A stretch of 53,457 bases of DNA, filler included, from Squatina squatina (taxonomy: Eukaryota): assembly GCA_031763465.1 (NCBI GenBank). It is 3 parts of 3 records of this genome, joined end to end, with 100 filler letters (N's around TTAATTAATTAA, not from the genome) between each part and the next. Parts side by side here need not be neighbours in the genome. Positions count along the whole stretch, not along the records: positions 1 to 13,625 come from JARFOE010000007.1; positions 13,726 to 30,170 come from JARFOE010000091.1; 1 more part is not named here. One strand, given 5' to 3'. Each line of letters begins with the position of its first letter. Position 1 is the first letter of the stretch. The notes below the pieces were generated by a model that did no database searches, was not told where the DNA came from, and saw only the letters and a list, made by a program, of their open reading frames with translations. This document shows positions 12,503 to 23,301 of this stretch, one piece after another. The translations under genes were made by a program, and so were the position numbers.

Positions 12503-13227
12503 AGCTAGGAGATTCCCCTCAGCTCTGCTGTTTTTTTTGGTGCAATTCGCCCAAAACCAGTGCAAAAGATTGTGGAATTTCAAACGCAAGTTACGTCCAG
12601 TGCAAATCAAGTTTCGGAGATCTTTTGGGCTACTTTAAAAAGTATGTGCTAGAAACTGGCCCCGCCCACATAACTGGCCACGCCCCCAGATCAAACTAAT
12701 CACCATTGGGAGTTTCCGCTAATTGCGTTCATTTGCGGGCCTTTGAGGAGGCTCCAAAAATGAAGGTGGTTCTTTTGGGTGCAAAGACAATATTAGGTAT
12801 GATTTAAAAACTTATTAATGTAATTTTAAAAAATTTACTAAGAAATTAACTAGTGTACCACAGAGTATAACTAGCAACTGGTACTGTATATTTTTGAAAA
12901 GCCATTTTCATTCATTTAAAATCGGTTTATTTAGAGGTAGTGGATTGGCACTGTGATTAAGAATGCTTATTTTTTGTGATAAATCAATTTTCAGCTGTAT
13001 TAATCAAACTGCACCAAGTTACCACTCTTAAATATATCAAGGAATGCTTTTTTAAATCAAAATTAAAAAAAAAATGATGTTTTAAATGATGTCCGATCGC
13101 GCTGGTTTATGGCAGATTTTGCATTCGCCGATATGCAAATAAGCCCGAGCGGTTCAAAACTGGCACCATTTTGGGCGCAATTTGTGCCCGGATCGCTGAT
13201 TGCGCCCAAAGTGGAAATTCCACCCCA
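12503..13227. mobile_element. Putative non-autonomous DNA transposon (Harbinger-like MITE)
   Basis: CpG-rich ends around an AT-rich core. The right end gtggaaattccacccc loosely mirrors the left end gctaggagattcccc. No ORF. Confidence 0.45.
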
Positions 13228-13625
13228 GGTTTGCTGGAGTCTCTTGATGTCCAGCATTGTAAACCAACACAGCGCAACAGCGGTGAGCTTCAAGACCACT
13301 GGAGCCTTTGTTTGACCTCTTTCCTTAAAAGAGTTTGAATCATGTGGTCTTCGAATGAAGCATGAGGATCCGACTGAGAATCGATGGCTTTTACACTACT
13401 CTTCGTCTGATTGCTTGTGGTAGCTCTGAGCCTGCTACCATCACCGGCTGAGGGCCTTGACCAATTGGCTTCTGGACAAACACTGTCCGAGTTTGTGGTT
13501 CAGATTCGGGTTTGGGTTCAAATTTGCGTTCAGTTTCAGATTTGGGTTCCCCTTCAGAATCAGATCCAAATTTGGATCCAGGTTTGGACTTGGAGCTTTG
13601 GAGTTAGATTTGAGTTTGGGATTGA

Positions 13626-13725
13626 NNNNNNNNNNNNNNNNNNNNNNNNNNNNNNNNNNNNNNNNNNNNTTAATTAATTAANNNNNNNNNNNNNNNNNNN
13701 NNNNNNNNNNNNNNNNNNNNNNNNN
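13626..13725. other. Artificial scaffold spacer N44-TTAATTAATTAA-N44
   Basis: A palindromic six-frame stop 12-mer at 13670-13681 centred in exactly 100 positions; an identical spacer occurs at 30171-30270. Confidence 0.95.
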
Positions 13726-14330
13726 TTCAATCCGAAACGATTCGTGAGCGGAAGAAAGCGATTGTCCCCCCCACCCCGAACGGCGGGGTCGGGCCAGGTG
13801 TCAAGGGGGCATTGACACACGCCATGTGATCATACTTTACAACCGGGAACTGGGACTCTACCTGACCACGCGCTCCCCGTCCCCTCGCCTCCAATGGGTC
13901 CCCAGCGCCCTAACAGCCAAAAGGAGGATGTCCCAGCTGGCCACACAGCGAGTTGCGCGGTGAACTTCCAACCTCCTCTCCCTCCCTCGCGCCCCGCCAC
14001 CCCACACATACGCACAGGCGCACTTTCCTTACCCTTGACCTTTACCAGTTTGCGCCTAACCCCTGTGGGATCAGGTCAACGGAGCGTACCCCGCTGTGTG
14101 TGGGGCGATAAGGGGCGGGAGAGGAGAGAGGGCACCCAATTACACAGGGTAGAACCCCTACTGAAGGGGGGACGGTTCGACAGACGGTGACGCAATTCTC
14201 CGTGGCCCAGTGAGAAACGGACCTCGTAAGGGGTCAGCGGGCAAAGTGGCTCCCACAATGGGGTGTAGGGGGGTGCGCGGAAGAACAAGGCCCCCTTTAA
14301 CCGAGAATCAGCGATCAGGAGCAATTCATA
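13726..14330. promoter_or_regulatory. CpG-island-like GC-rich segment
   Basis: Visibly CpG-dense relative to the flanks; GC box ggggcggga near 14112. No recognisable protein. Confidence 0.45.
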
Positions 14331-14911
14331 TCACACAAGACAGCAACAATTACAGGATAAAACACAGCACACTCACCAACACACGATTAAAGTTGGTTAC
14401 AGTTAAAACAGCTTTTATAAGGCGCGTTTAATTTTACTGACACGTTTTAGCATTTAAAAGAATTAAAATAGAATTAGTATTGGGTTATGTTAAAGTTAAA
14501 GGTCTTTTTTTTTGCGTTGTGAGTTTTTTTTAAATGTTAAAAGCTTTTAATTAATTTTCTGTTTACCTTTATCGAGTAGCCACTCGTCAACTACTCGACC
14601 CAGTCGATATGGGATTCTCTGTCTAGCAATCGTCAGCCGCTCGTTATCAAAGTTGCCTTTAAAGTTTAAAGAGACATTTCAGCAGTTAAAATCCGCAAGG
14701 TGAAAGGTCAACAGTTAACACGCAAAGCTCCAGGTGAAAGGTCAAAGTTGAGAGCTTAGCCACCAGGCCACTGACTCCGTTGAAACTTTAATCTCCCTGG
14801 TGTGTCCGCTCCCTGCCGCAAAAAAAACCCCACAAGGCTGCGGGTTGTGGCTGTTCCACCATGCAAACCTGCAGTAATTTAAAGGAGGGGGGGCGGGCGG
14901 CCAAATTGGAC

Positions 14912-15420
14912 TGAGATGAGGAGGAATTCTTCACCCCAGAGGGCTGTGGAGGCTCAGTGATTGAGTACATTCAAGGCTGAGATCGATAGATTTTTTTCTG
15001 GACTCTCGGGGAATCGAGGGATCGGGTGGGGAAGGTGGAGTTGAGGTCGAAGATCAGCCGTGATCTTGTTGAAAGGCGGAGCAGGCTCGAGGGGCCGAAT
15101 GGACTTCTCCTGCTCCGAGTTCTTGCAGAAGGAGGGAGACAAAATCAAAATGGACTCCCGATTGGATTTATCAGTGACTCTCTTATATTGATGGCCTCTA
15201 GTTCTGGTCTCCTGCACAAGGGGAAGGATTCTCTCCACATCTACCCTTTCCAACAAATTTGTCATTTTAGAGACGTCTGTCAGGTCATCTCTAAGCCTTC
15301 TCTACTCTAAAGGAAAGAGCACCAATATCTTTCCTGCTTGCTGTAATCTCTCAGTGTTGGTACCATCCTTGTAGATCTTTCTTTTGCAACTTCGCCAGTG
15401 CTTCTGCGTCCTTTCTTCAA
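14912..15420. mobile_element. CR1-like 3' fragments (+ strand 14912-15125; - strand ~15145-15420)
   Basis: EMRRNSSPQRAV and 3' UTR on the + strand; ERVDVERILPLVQETRTRGHQYK on the - strand. Confidence 0.75.
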
Positions 15421-15887
15421 TAGCCTGGAGGTTTGATGGCTACGGACCCAAAGGCGGAAGGGGCTTGGTCTTAATTCCGTCACCTTTGCCTGAATATCAG
15501 GCCAACGCCAGATTATAAGCCAATGCAGCCCACCCCTTTCTAGAACCTGGCAGTGCTTGGGTGGCACGGAACTGGGGTGATCCCTTTTTGCTTCCCCGAA
15601 ATAACAGCGGGGCTGCCGTTTTGATAAGCCTCAATCCCAGCCACAAAGGCACAGCCAACGCAAGGGCACGGGCAGCGGGGTCTTCCTCTGCTGTCGGGTG
15701 GAGCGCTCCCTTTTTTTTTTGGGTGCCGAGGGCTGAGCATTCGGGGCGGGGAGACAGTGCAAGCCGCCTCACCACGTCCGCCTGTTTNNNNNNNNNNNNN
15801 NNNNNNNNNNNNNNNNNNNNNNNNNNNNNNNNNNNNNNNNNNNNNNNNNNNNNNNNNNNNNNNNNNNNNNNNNNNNNNNNNNNNNNN

Positions 15888-16623
15888 ATTGAGGGATATG
15901 GGGAGGAACTCGGTAGGTGGGGTTGATGGATAAGGTAAGAATGTGGGTAGGTGGGTTTGAGGGAAATGGGGATAAGTTGGCTGGCGGGATTGAGGGATAT
16001 GGTGATATGGTGCAAAGGTGGGATTGAGGGATATCGGGAAAAATTGGGGATGTGGGATTGAGGGATATGGTGAAAAGGCAGGTAGCTGGAGTTGTGGGAT
16101 ATGGTGAGTAGGTGGGTGGGTGGGATTAAGAGACAGTGAGAATGTGGGTCGGTGGGGTTGAGTGTTAGGGGAGAAGGTGGGTAGGTGAGATGGAGGGATA
16201 TGTGGAGAAGGTGAGCAGGTGGGGTTGAGCGATATGGGGAGAAGGTGGGTAGTTGGGATTGATGGATATGGATAGAAGGTGGGCAGGTGGGATTGAGGTA
16301 TATGGGGATAAGGTGGCTAGGTGGGGTTGAAGGACAGGGGAGATGGTGGGTAGGTGAGATGGAAGGATATGTGGCAAAGGTGGTTAGGTGGAGTTGAGTG
16401 ATAGGCGAGAAGGTGCATAGGTGGCGTTGAGGGATTTGGGGAGAATGTTGGTTGGTGGGTTTGAGGGATATGGGGAGAAAGGGGTAGGTGGGTTTGAGGG
16501 ATATGTGGAGAAGGTAGGTAGGTGGGATAGAGGGATTTGGTGCGAAGCTGGATAGCTGGGATTGAGAGAAAGGGGGAGAAGGTGGGTTGGTGAGATTGAG
16601 GGATATGGGTAGAACGTGGGTAG
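15888..16623 (+). repeat. G-rich degenerate tandem repeat, ~34-bp unit, ~21 copies, bounded by gaps
   Basis: Consensus ~gggattgagggatatggggagaaggtgggtaggt. Unit starts at 15986, 16020, 16054, 16088 and 16122. Confidence 0.9.
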
Positions 16624-16723
16624 NNNNNNNNNNNNNNNNNNNNNNNNNNNNNNNNNNNNNNNNNNNNNNNNNNNNNNNNNNNNNNNNNNNNNNNNNNNNN
16701 NNNNNNNNNNNNNNNNNNNNNNN

Positions 16724-17814
16724 CTTCCTGTCTACTCTATCTAGGCCCCTCATAATTTTGTACACCTCAATCAAGTCACCCCTTAGCCTCCTCTGTTCCA
16801 GGGAAAACAACCCCAGCCTATCCAATCTCTCCTTGTAGCTGCAATTCTCAAGCCCAGGCAACATTCTTGTAAATCTTCTCTGTACTCTCTCCACAGCAAT
16901 TATGTCTATTCCGTAATGTGGTGACGATAACTGTGCACCATACTCCAACTGTGTCCTAACCATCGTTTTATACAGTTCCATCATTACATCCCTGCTATAC
17001 CTAAACTAATAAAGGAGAGCATCCCGTATGCCTTCTTCACTGCCTTGCCTACCAGTACTGCCACCTTCAGGGACCTGTGCACATGCGCTCCAAGGTCTCT
17101 CACATCCTCTAACCCTCTCAATATATTCCCTTTTATTGTGCATTCCCTTTTACTGTCTGCCGTCCCTAAGTGCATTCCTTCACACTTCTCCACGTTGAAC
17201 TCCATTTGCCACTTTTCTGTCCACTCATCCAACCCATTGATGTTATTTTGGAGTCTACAGCTATCCTCTTCAGCATCAGCTACACGGCCAATTTTTGTGT
17301 CGTCTGCAAATTTTGCAATCATGCCCACCCCCCACCCCTTGCCCCACCTCCCGCCACATTCAAGTCCAAATCATTAATATATACCACAAACAGCAAGGGA
17401 CCCAACACTGAGCCCTATGGAACACCACTGGAAATGGCTTTACATTCGCAAAGACATCCATCGACCATGACCCTTTGCTGTTGCTGAGCCAATTTTAGAT
17501 CCAATTTGCTATATTTCCCTGTATTCCATGGTTTTTTTACTTTTCTGACCAGTCTGCCCTGTGGGACCTTGTGAAATACCTCACCAAAATCCATGTCGAG
17601 AACATCCACTGCACTACCCTCATCAATCACTAGAGTTTAAAATAATGAGAGGGAATCTCATTGAAATTATCAAATTCTAACAGGACTGGATAGACTGGAT
17701 ACAGGAAGGATGTTACCGATGGCTGGGGAGTCCAGAGCCAGGGGTCACAGTCTAAGGATAAAGGGCAAGCCATTTAGGACTGAGATGAGGAGAAATTTCT
17801 TCACCCAGAGAGTG
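16724..17814. mobile_element. CR1-like RT fragment (- strand 16724-17630) abutting a + strand CR1 fragment (17631-17814)
   Basis: ORFs MIAKFADDTKIGR, LYKTMVRTQLEYGAQ and VDVLDMDFGEVFHKVP on the - strand; GESRARGHSLRIKGKPFRTEMRRNFFTQRV on the + strand. Confidence 0.9.
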
Positions 17815-17914
17815 NNNNNNNNNNNNNNNNNNNNNNNNNNNNNNNNNNNNNNNNNNNNNNNNNNNNNNNNNNNNNNNNNNNNNNNNNNNNNNNNNNNNNN
17901 NNNNNNNNNNNNNN

Positions 17915-18193
17915 GTGCAGTGCTGAGGGAGTGCCGCAAAGTGCTGAAAGTGTCGTCTTTCAGATGAGACGTTAAACTGAGGCCCTGTCTGCTCTCTCAA
18001 ATGGATGTAAAAAACCCCATGGCACTATTTCGAAGAAGAGCAGAGGAGTTATCCCCAGTATCCTGGACAATATTTATCCCTCAACCAATATCACTAAAGC
18101 AGATTATCTGGTCATTATCATATTGCTGCTGGTGGGAGCAAATAGGCTGCCGTGTTTCCTACATTACAACAGTGACTACACTTCAAAAATACT
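17915..18193 (+). mobile_element. DeuSINE (SacSINE1-like) partial copy
   Basis: gatgagacgttaaactgaggccctgtctgctctctc...gtaaaaaaccccatggcactatttc core, shared with 48873-49258 and 20690-21000. Confidence 0.75.
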
Positions 18194-18194
18194 T

Positions 18195-18500
18195 AAGACC
18201 CTAAGAAGTATGAACAAGAGTGGGCCATTCGGCCCTTCGAGCCTGCTCGCCATTTAATAGGATCATGGCTGGTCCGACATCCCTCAAGTCCACTTTCCCC
18301 ATAACCCTTGATTCCCTTACTGATTCGAAATCTATCTATCTCAGCCTTAAATATACACAAGGATTCAGCCCCCACAGCTCCCTGTGGCAAGGAGTTCCAA
18401 AGACTCACAACCCTCTGAGAGAAGAAATTATTCCTCATCTCAGTCTTAAACAGGCGGCTCCGTTATTCTGAGACTGTGTCCTCTGCTCCGAGACTCTCCC
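18195..18500 (-). mobile_element. CR1-like LINE 3' end
   Basis: MRNNFFSQRVVSLWNSLPQGAV and 3' UTR. Confidence 0.85.
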
Positions 18501-18512
18501 ATGAGAGGAGAG

Positions 18513-18742
18513 TACGTCAGACTCTGTCCCCGAACCCCGGGTACGTCAGACTCTGTCCCCAATCCCCGGGTACGTCAAACTCTGTCACCAATCCCTGGGT
18601 ACATCAGACTCTGTCCCCAATCCCCGGGTACGTCAGACTCTGTCCCCAATCCCCGGGTACGTCAGACTCTGTCCCCAATCCCTGGGCACGTCAGATTGTG
18701 TCCCCAATCCCCGGGTACGTCAGACTCTGTCCCCCAACCCCG
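18513..18742 (+). repeat. 29-bp minisatellite, ~8 copies, running into a gap
   Basis: Unit tacgtcagactctgtccccaatccccggg; starts at 18513, 18542, 18571 and onward. Confidence 0.95.
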
Positions 18743-19659
18743 NNNNNNNNNNNNNNNNNNNNNNNNNNNNNNNNNNNNNNNNNNNNNNNNNNNNNNNNNN
18801 NNNNNNNNNNNNNNNNNNNNNNNNNNNNNNNNNNNNNNNNNNGAAGCTGATGGGGTAGGCGGTTTGATGTCGATTCTGTGTCAGTGCTCCCTCCTCCTGC
18901 AGCCGGGAGCTGCCCACCCACATCCCGGGGAGGGGGAGGGGTACGCTGCAGGGATTGTGCACCAAGTGCAAAGGGGGCGGACACCCAGCACCATGGGGTC
19001 GTATTCCATTTTCCTCAGTTAGTACCCCAGGATCGAGTGGGGCATTTTGGCAGAAGAAAATCAGCCCCGTCCTACAGGGTGGGAGCTTACATTTTTTTCC
19101 AACCCGCCTAAGTGGCGGGTTGCGTTCTAAGTTCTCCACCCATACCTCCCGTCTCCAATGAGTGAAGACCCACTTGAAATTTGACTGTGAATACTGGAGA
19201 TGGGGCGAAGCCATACATTATCCAATATTTATGTTCAAGGTTCAAAATTTGCTGGTTACACATTTAAATACTCAGATAATGCCGAGTACTAATAGTTAAA
19301 AGCAGTACAAACATACTGGATGTTGAAAATTTCTGACCTTGGTTTGCCCTTACCCTTGCATAAGGCTGAGCCCAGCCCTCCACTGCTGCACAGTAACTTA
19401 TCAATAAAACAGTCTTCCCATTCACATAACAGCTGCCCAGAATTAATTGATGCCACCCACCTGAATGCTGGCCTTTCGTGGTTGGCCTCTCTGTTGACTA
19501 GATTGTTTGAGCTGGGGAATGAATGTGTCTGCTGTAATAGAATCCTGATTTTCCATCTGTGACCACTTGATGTCCCTGTGCAGAACTGACTGGGGAGAGA
19601 ACAATATGATTAACGGCAGTGCAGTGGTGCGAGGGGCAGGAGGTGCTGTGGTGTTTGGG

Positions 19660-20080
19660 GTGACTGCCCCTCACCCCAGTGCTCGTTGACCTACATTGGC
19701 TCCCAATTCTCATCCTTGTTTTCAAATCCTTCCAGGGCCTCGCCCCTCCCTATCTCAGTAACTTCCTCCAGCCCTACAATCCACCGAGATCTCTGCGCTC
19801 CTCCAATTCTGCCCTTTTGCGCGTCCCCAATTTTCATCGCTCCACAATTGGCGCCCATGCCTTCAGTTGCCAAGGCCCTAAGTTCTGGAATTCCCTCCCT
19901 AAACCTTTCCGCCTCTCTATCTCCCCTCCTTTAAATTGCACCTTAAAACCTACCTCTTTGACCAAGCTTTTGGTCACCTGTCCTCATATCTCTTTATGTG
20001 GCTCGGTGTCAGATTTTGTCTGCGAACACTCCTGTGAAGTGCCTACATTAAAGGCGCTATAGAAATGCATATTGTTGTTG
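19660..20080 (+). mobile_element. L2-like LINE 3' end
   Basis: LVDLHWLP..ILILVFKSFQGLAPPYLSNFLQPYNPPRSLRSS...PKFWNSLP followed by the L2 tail. Confidence 0.85.
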
Positions 20081-20689
20081 GATGTGAGTGCAATGGTGTT
20101 TGAGATAATGGAAACCTCACTGTGATATGATGCAGTGGCTGATGGGAGTCCAGTGGTTCTTGGGGTGACTGGATGGGTTGCAGTGGTGTTCAGGGTAGTG
20201 GGATGCTCAGGGCACTGCAGTGATTTTGAGATAAAATAAAAACACGGAATACACAACAGGTCTGTCAGCATTTGTAAAACAAGGAAACAGGTTCATGTTT
20301 CAAATCTGGGCCTTTGCTCGGAACTCAGTAGGAGGGTTCAGTCATTAGTAAAACACTGCACATTCTTCAGCAAACCTGATATTCTGGTTCCTTAACCTTA
20401 GTGAACTGTGACGTTGGAAAATAACTTTGCCCGGCTCACAATATGGTCAATTTTAACCGGCCAAGATCAGCAGTAACAGCCTCAGAATGGGGTCAGTAAA
20501 CTCCGTTAACCCCAATAATTGCCCTGCTGCCACTTCCACAGGGTCCTACCACAGGGCAGCAATACCTGCCTGTTTCAGGCAGTCGGCCCTTTATAAGATA
20601 CAAATCGAGGTCCGATGACATACATAGGACCCCAATTAGACTTTTAGGATAAACCTCCTTGGCTGTGCGATGGTGATTGAGCATTGCCG

Positions 20690-21000
20690 AGGAAGTGCTG
20701 CATTGCCAAAGGTGCCATCCTTGGGATAAGACATTAAAACTGAGGCCGATCTGAACTCTTCCAGTAGATGTTACCCGCAGCACTATTTGAAGAAATGGGG
20801 AATGTTCCCCGGTGTTTCGGCCAACATTCATCGCTCAACCAGCAGTACCAAGAATAGACTTGCTCGTCATTCACCTCATTGCTGTTTGTGTGGATTGTTC
20901 CTGTCTCATTTTCCCACTTAACAACAATCACTGCAGTTCAAAATGTAATCACCGTGTGACACACTTTTAAGAGGTTCCAACGCGATAAGGCACAGTATAA
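20690..21000 (+). mobile_element. Diverged DeuSINE copy
   Basis: ggataagacattaaaactgaggcc...gcactatttgaagaa...ggccaacatt, homologous to 17915-18193. Confidence 0.6.
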
Positions 21001-21074
21001 ACGTGAATGTACTTATCTAGTTTCCCACTAAATGCATCATCTTACTGAGTGTCATTCCCAGGTGCCGGGCACTT

Positions 21075-21350
21075 TTCAGTACCTCACCTAAGTGGCCATG
21101 TGAGTTTGGATAGCGAATGTCAGTGAGTGGGTTAACCAACAACAAGAGGCATCACAGTTGAGCCTAAACCTCTCCTCACCAGACATTTATGTGCGCACTT
21201 TCAAGCAAGAGGCACTTGTTAGTGATCAGGGCTGGGAACAGCGGCTAACCTTTCTGCTCCCCAGACCCAGTGGCCAATTGCAGTGCTGCTCTGGTTGAGA
21301 TCATTGAGCCTGGGACCTTCTTGTCATGCTGGGCCGAGGCATTTACCCAC
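21075..21350 (-). mobile_element. Old tRNA-headed SINE-like repeat (other fragments at ~34400-34620 +, ~43645-44060 -, ~44870-44960 -)
   Basis: Shared motifs cctcacc(c/t)aagtggcca..., ggcatcacag..gagcc and ctgggacct recur at these loci. Family name not confidently recalled. Confidence 0.5.
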
Positions 21351-21424
21351 AAAGACACGTGAAGAAAGCTTTAGTTACTGAAAACTAAAAGGTATAACAC
21401 TCCTGTGTACAAAACAGTGAGCGT

Positions 21425-22470
21425 GAAGGCTAATGGAATGTTGGCCTTTATTTCAAGGGGGTTGGAGTATAAAAGTAGGGAAGTCTTGCTGCAACTGTAC
21501 AAGGCACTAGTGAGACCACATCTGGAGTACTGCGAACAGTTTTGGTCCCCCTATTTAAGGAAAGATATTATTTCATTGGAGGCAGTTCAGAGAAAGTTCA
21601 CGAAGATGATTCCAGGTATGGAGGGATTGCCCTGCGAGGAAAGGTTAAAAAGGTTGGGACTCTACTTATTAGAGTTTAGAAGAATGAGAGGAGATCTTAT
21701 TGAAACATAAGATTCCTCGGGGGCTGAACAGGGTAAATGCTGAGAGGATGTTTCCTCTCATGGGAGAGTCCAGGATCAGATGGCATCGTCTCAGAATAAG
21801 GGGGCGCCCAGTTAAGATGGAGATGAGGAAGAATTTCTTCTCTGAGAGAGTTGTGAGCCTTTGGAACTCCTTGCCACAGGGAGCTGTGGGGCTGAGTCCT
21901 TATGTATATTTTGGGCTGAGATAGATAGATTTCTAATCCGTAAGGGAATCAAGGGTTATGGGGAAAGGGCAGGAACGTGAACTTGAAGAATGTCGGATCA
22001 GCCGTGATCCTATTAAATGGCAGAACAGGTTCGAGGGGCCGAATGGCCGACTCCTGCTCCTGCTTCTTATGGTCTTATGGCCTAACCTGCTTGGTGAAGA
22101 AGTTTCTGCTGAATTCCCGATTAGATTTCTTGGCGACTATCTTACATTGATGACCTCTAGTTATGCTCTTCTCCACAAGTGGAAGCACTCACTCTGCATC
22201 TACTGTATCAAAACCTGTCATAGTTTTAAAGACCTCCATTAGGTCACCCCTTAGCCTTCTTTTTTCATGAGCAAAGAGACCCAGCCTGTCCATCAGTTAT
22301 GATAGGTACACCCTTTCATTTATGGTATCTCCCTTGTAAATCTTCTCCGCTCCCATTGCAGCGCATCTATACCCTTTTTATAAAATGGCAACTAAAATTG
22401 TACGCAGTACTCCAAGTCTGGTCTGACCAAGGTTCGATACAAGTTTAGAATAACTTCACTACTTTTCCAT
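21425..22470. mobile_element. CR1-like 3' portion (+ strand 21425-22080) followed by an inverted CR1 fragment (- strand 22085-22470)
   Basis: KANGMLAFISRGLEYKSREVLLQLYKALVRPHLEYCEQFWSP and tail cttatggtcttatgg; the homologous region follows on the opposite strand. Confidence 0.9.
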
Positions 22471-23301
22471 TCTGTAACAATTCAATTCTATAACAATCGA
22501 CCCCAATAATTTAACCCAACAGGTTAAAGTCTGAAGTCCAATTTTGCCAGCAGGCTGTGAAATTTGATGTCTGCAGATAACTGGAGACAAATCTTTAAAA
22601 CTGCTGGATCTTTTGCTTTGTGATCAATCTCTTATCAAACTGGAGCTGGCATTGCCTAATATGGTATTCTCTGGCTACTGCATAGTCGAGAGACACAAGT
22701 CTGCATTTTCTTCAACATTTGAAGCACGTAAAAACACTGTGGCCTTCCTGTGGCAAGTCCAAACCGCTCATCTCTAGACTTTTCTTATCCTAACAGAATA
22801 TTTCTAATCTAAATGTTCTACGATGATAAATATCCAAGGCCAGTTGGTTGCTCAGTGAAATTTGTCTCTCTCTCTCTAATGATATCGACCACATTTTCCA
22901 CTCTATCGAATAAACTAAACATGAAGATCTTTCAGCAGCTGAATTAACTCAGTTCCAGATGCCAACACTCTCACACCTTCCCTTGATACCAAGGCTCAGC
23001 GAGGCACTCTGGAAGGTATGGGGAGCTGGGACTTGCCCATGAGAGTAACCGAAGATATGAGAACTGAAATAATCTCGAGTTGGAAAGGAGAAACGGTCCA
23101 AAAATGGAGCAGTTGGTAACAGGACATCAATTAGTCTCCTATCTTGGAGAAATCAAATATCAACAGATTGCATTATTTGTAATATCAAAATATTAAACTC
23201 CAACCCAGTTATAGGGGTTATGAACATCAGCAGAAACAAACTCCAACTAATGAACAGGATTCAGTTGAGATGTGAGTAACAGCAGAGTCCAACCACTGGA
23301 G

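Noticed and set aside
13726-13790. Minus-strand LPLTNRFGL, resembling a LINE ORF1 motif
   Set aside because: The frame closes ~35 codons upstream and the contig ends; cannot be supported.
15497-16984. 495-aa ORF
   Set aside because: A chimera of a CR1 fragment, two N gaps and the C-rich strand of the 34-bp satellite.
19530-19575. QVVTDGK on the minus strand, resembling the start of TPP2 exon 2 (VTTDGK)
   Set aside because: Similarity stops after six residues, there is no good acceptor, and it is in a different assembly block; likely chance.
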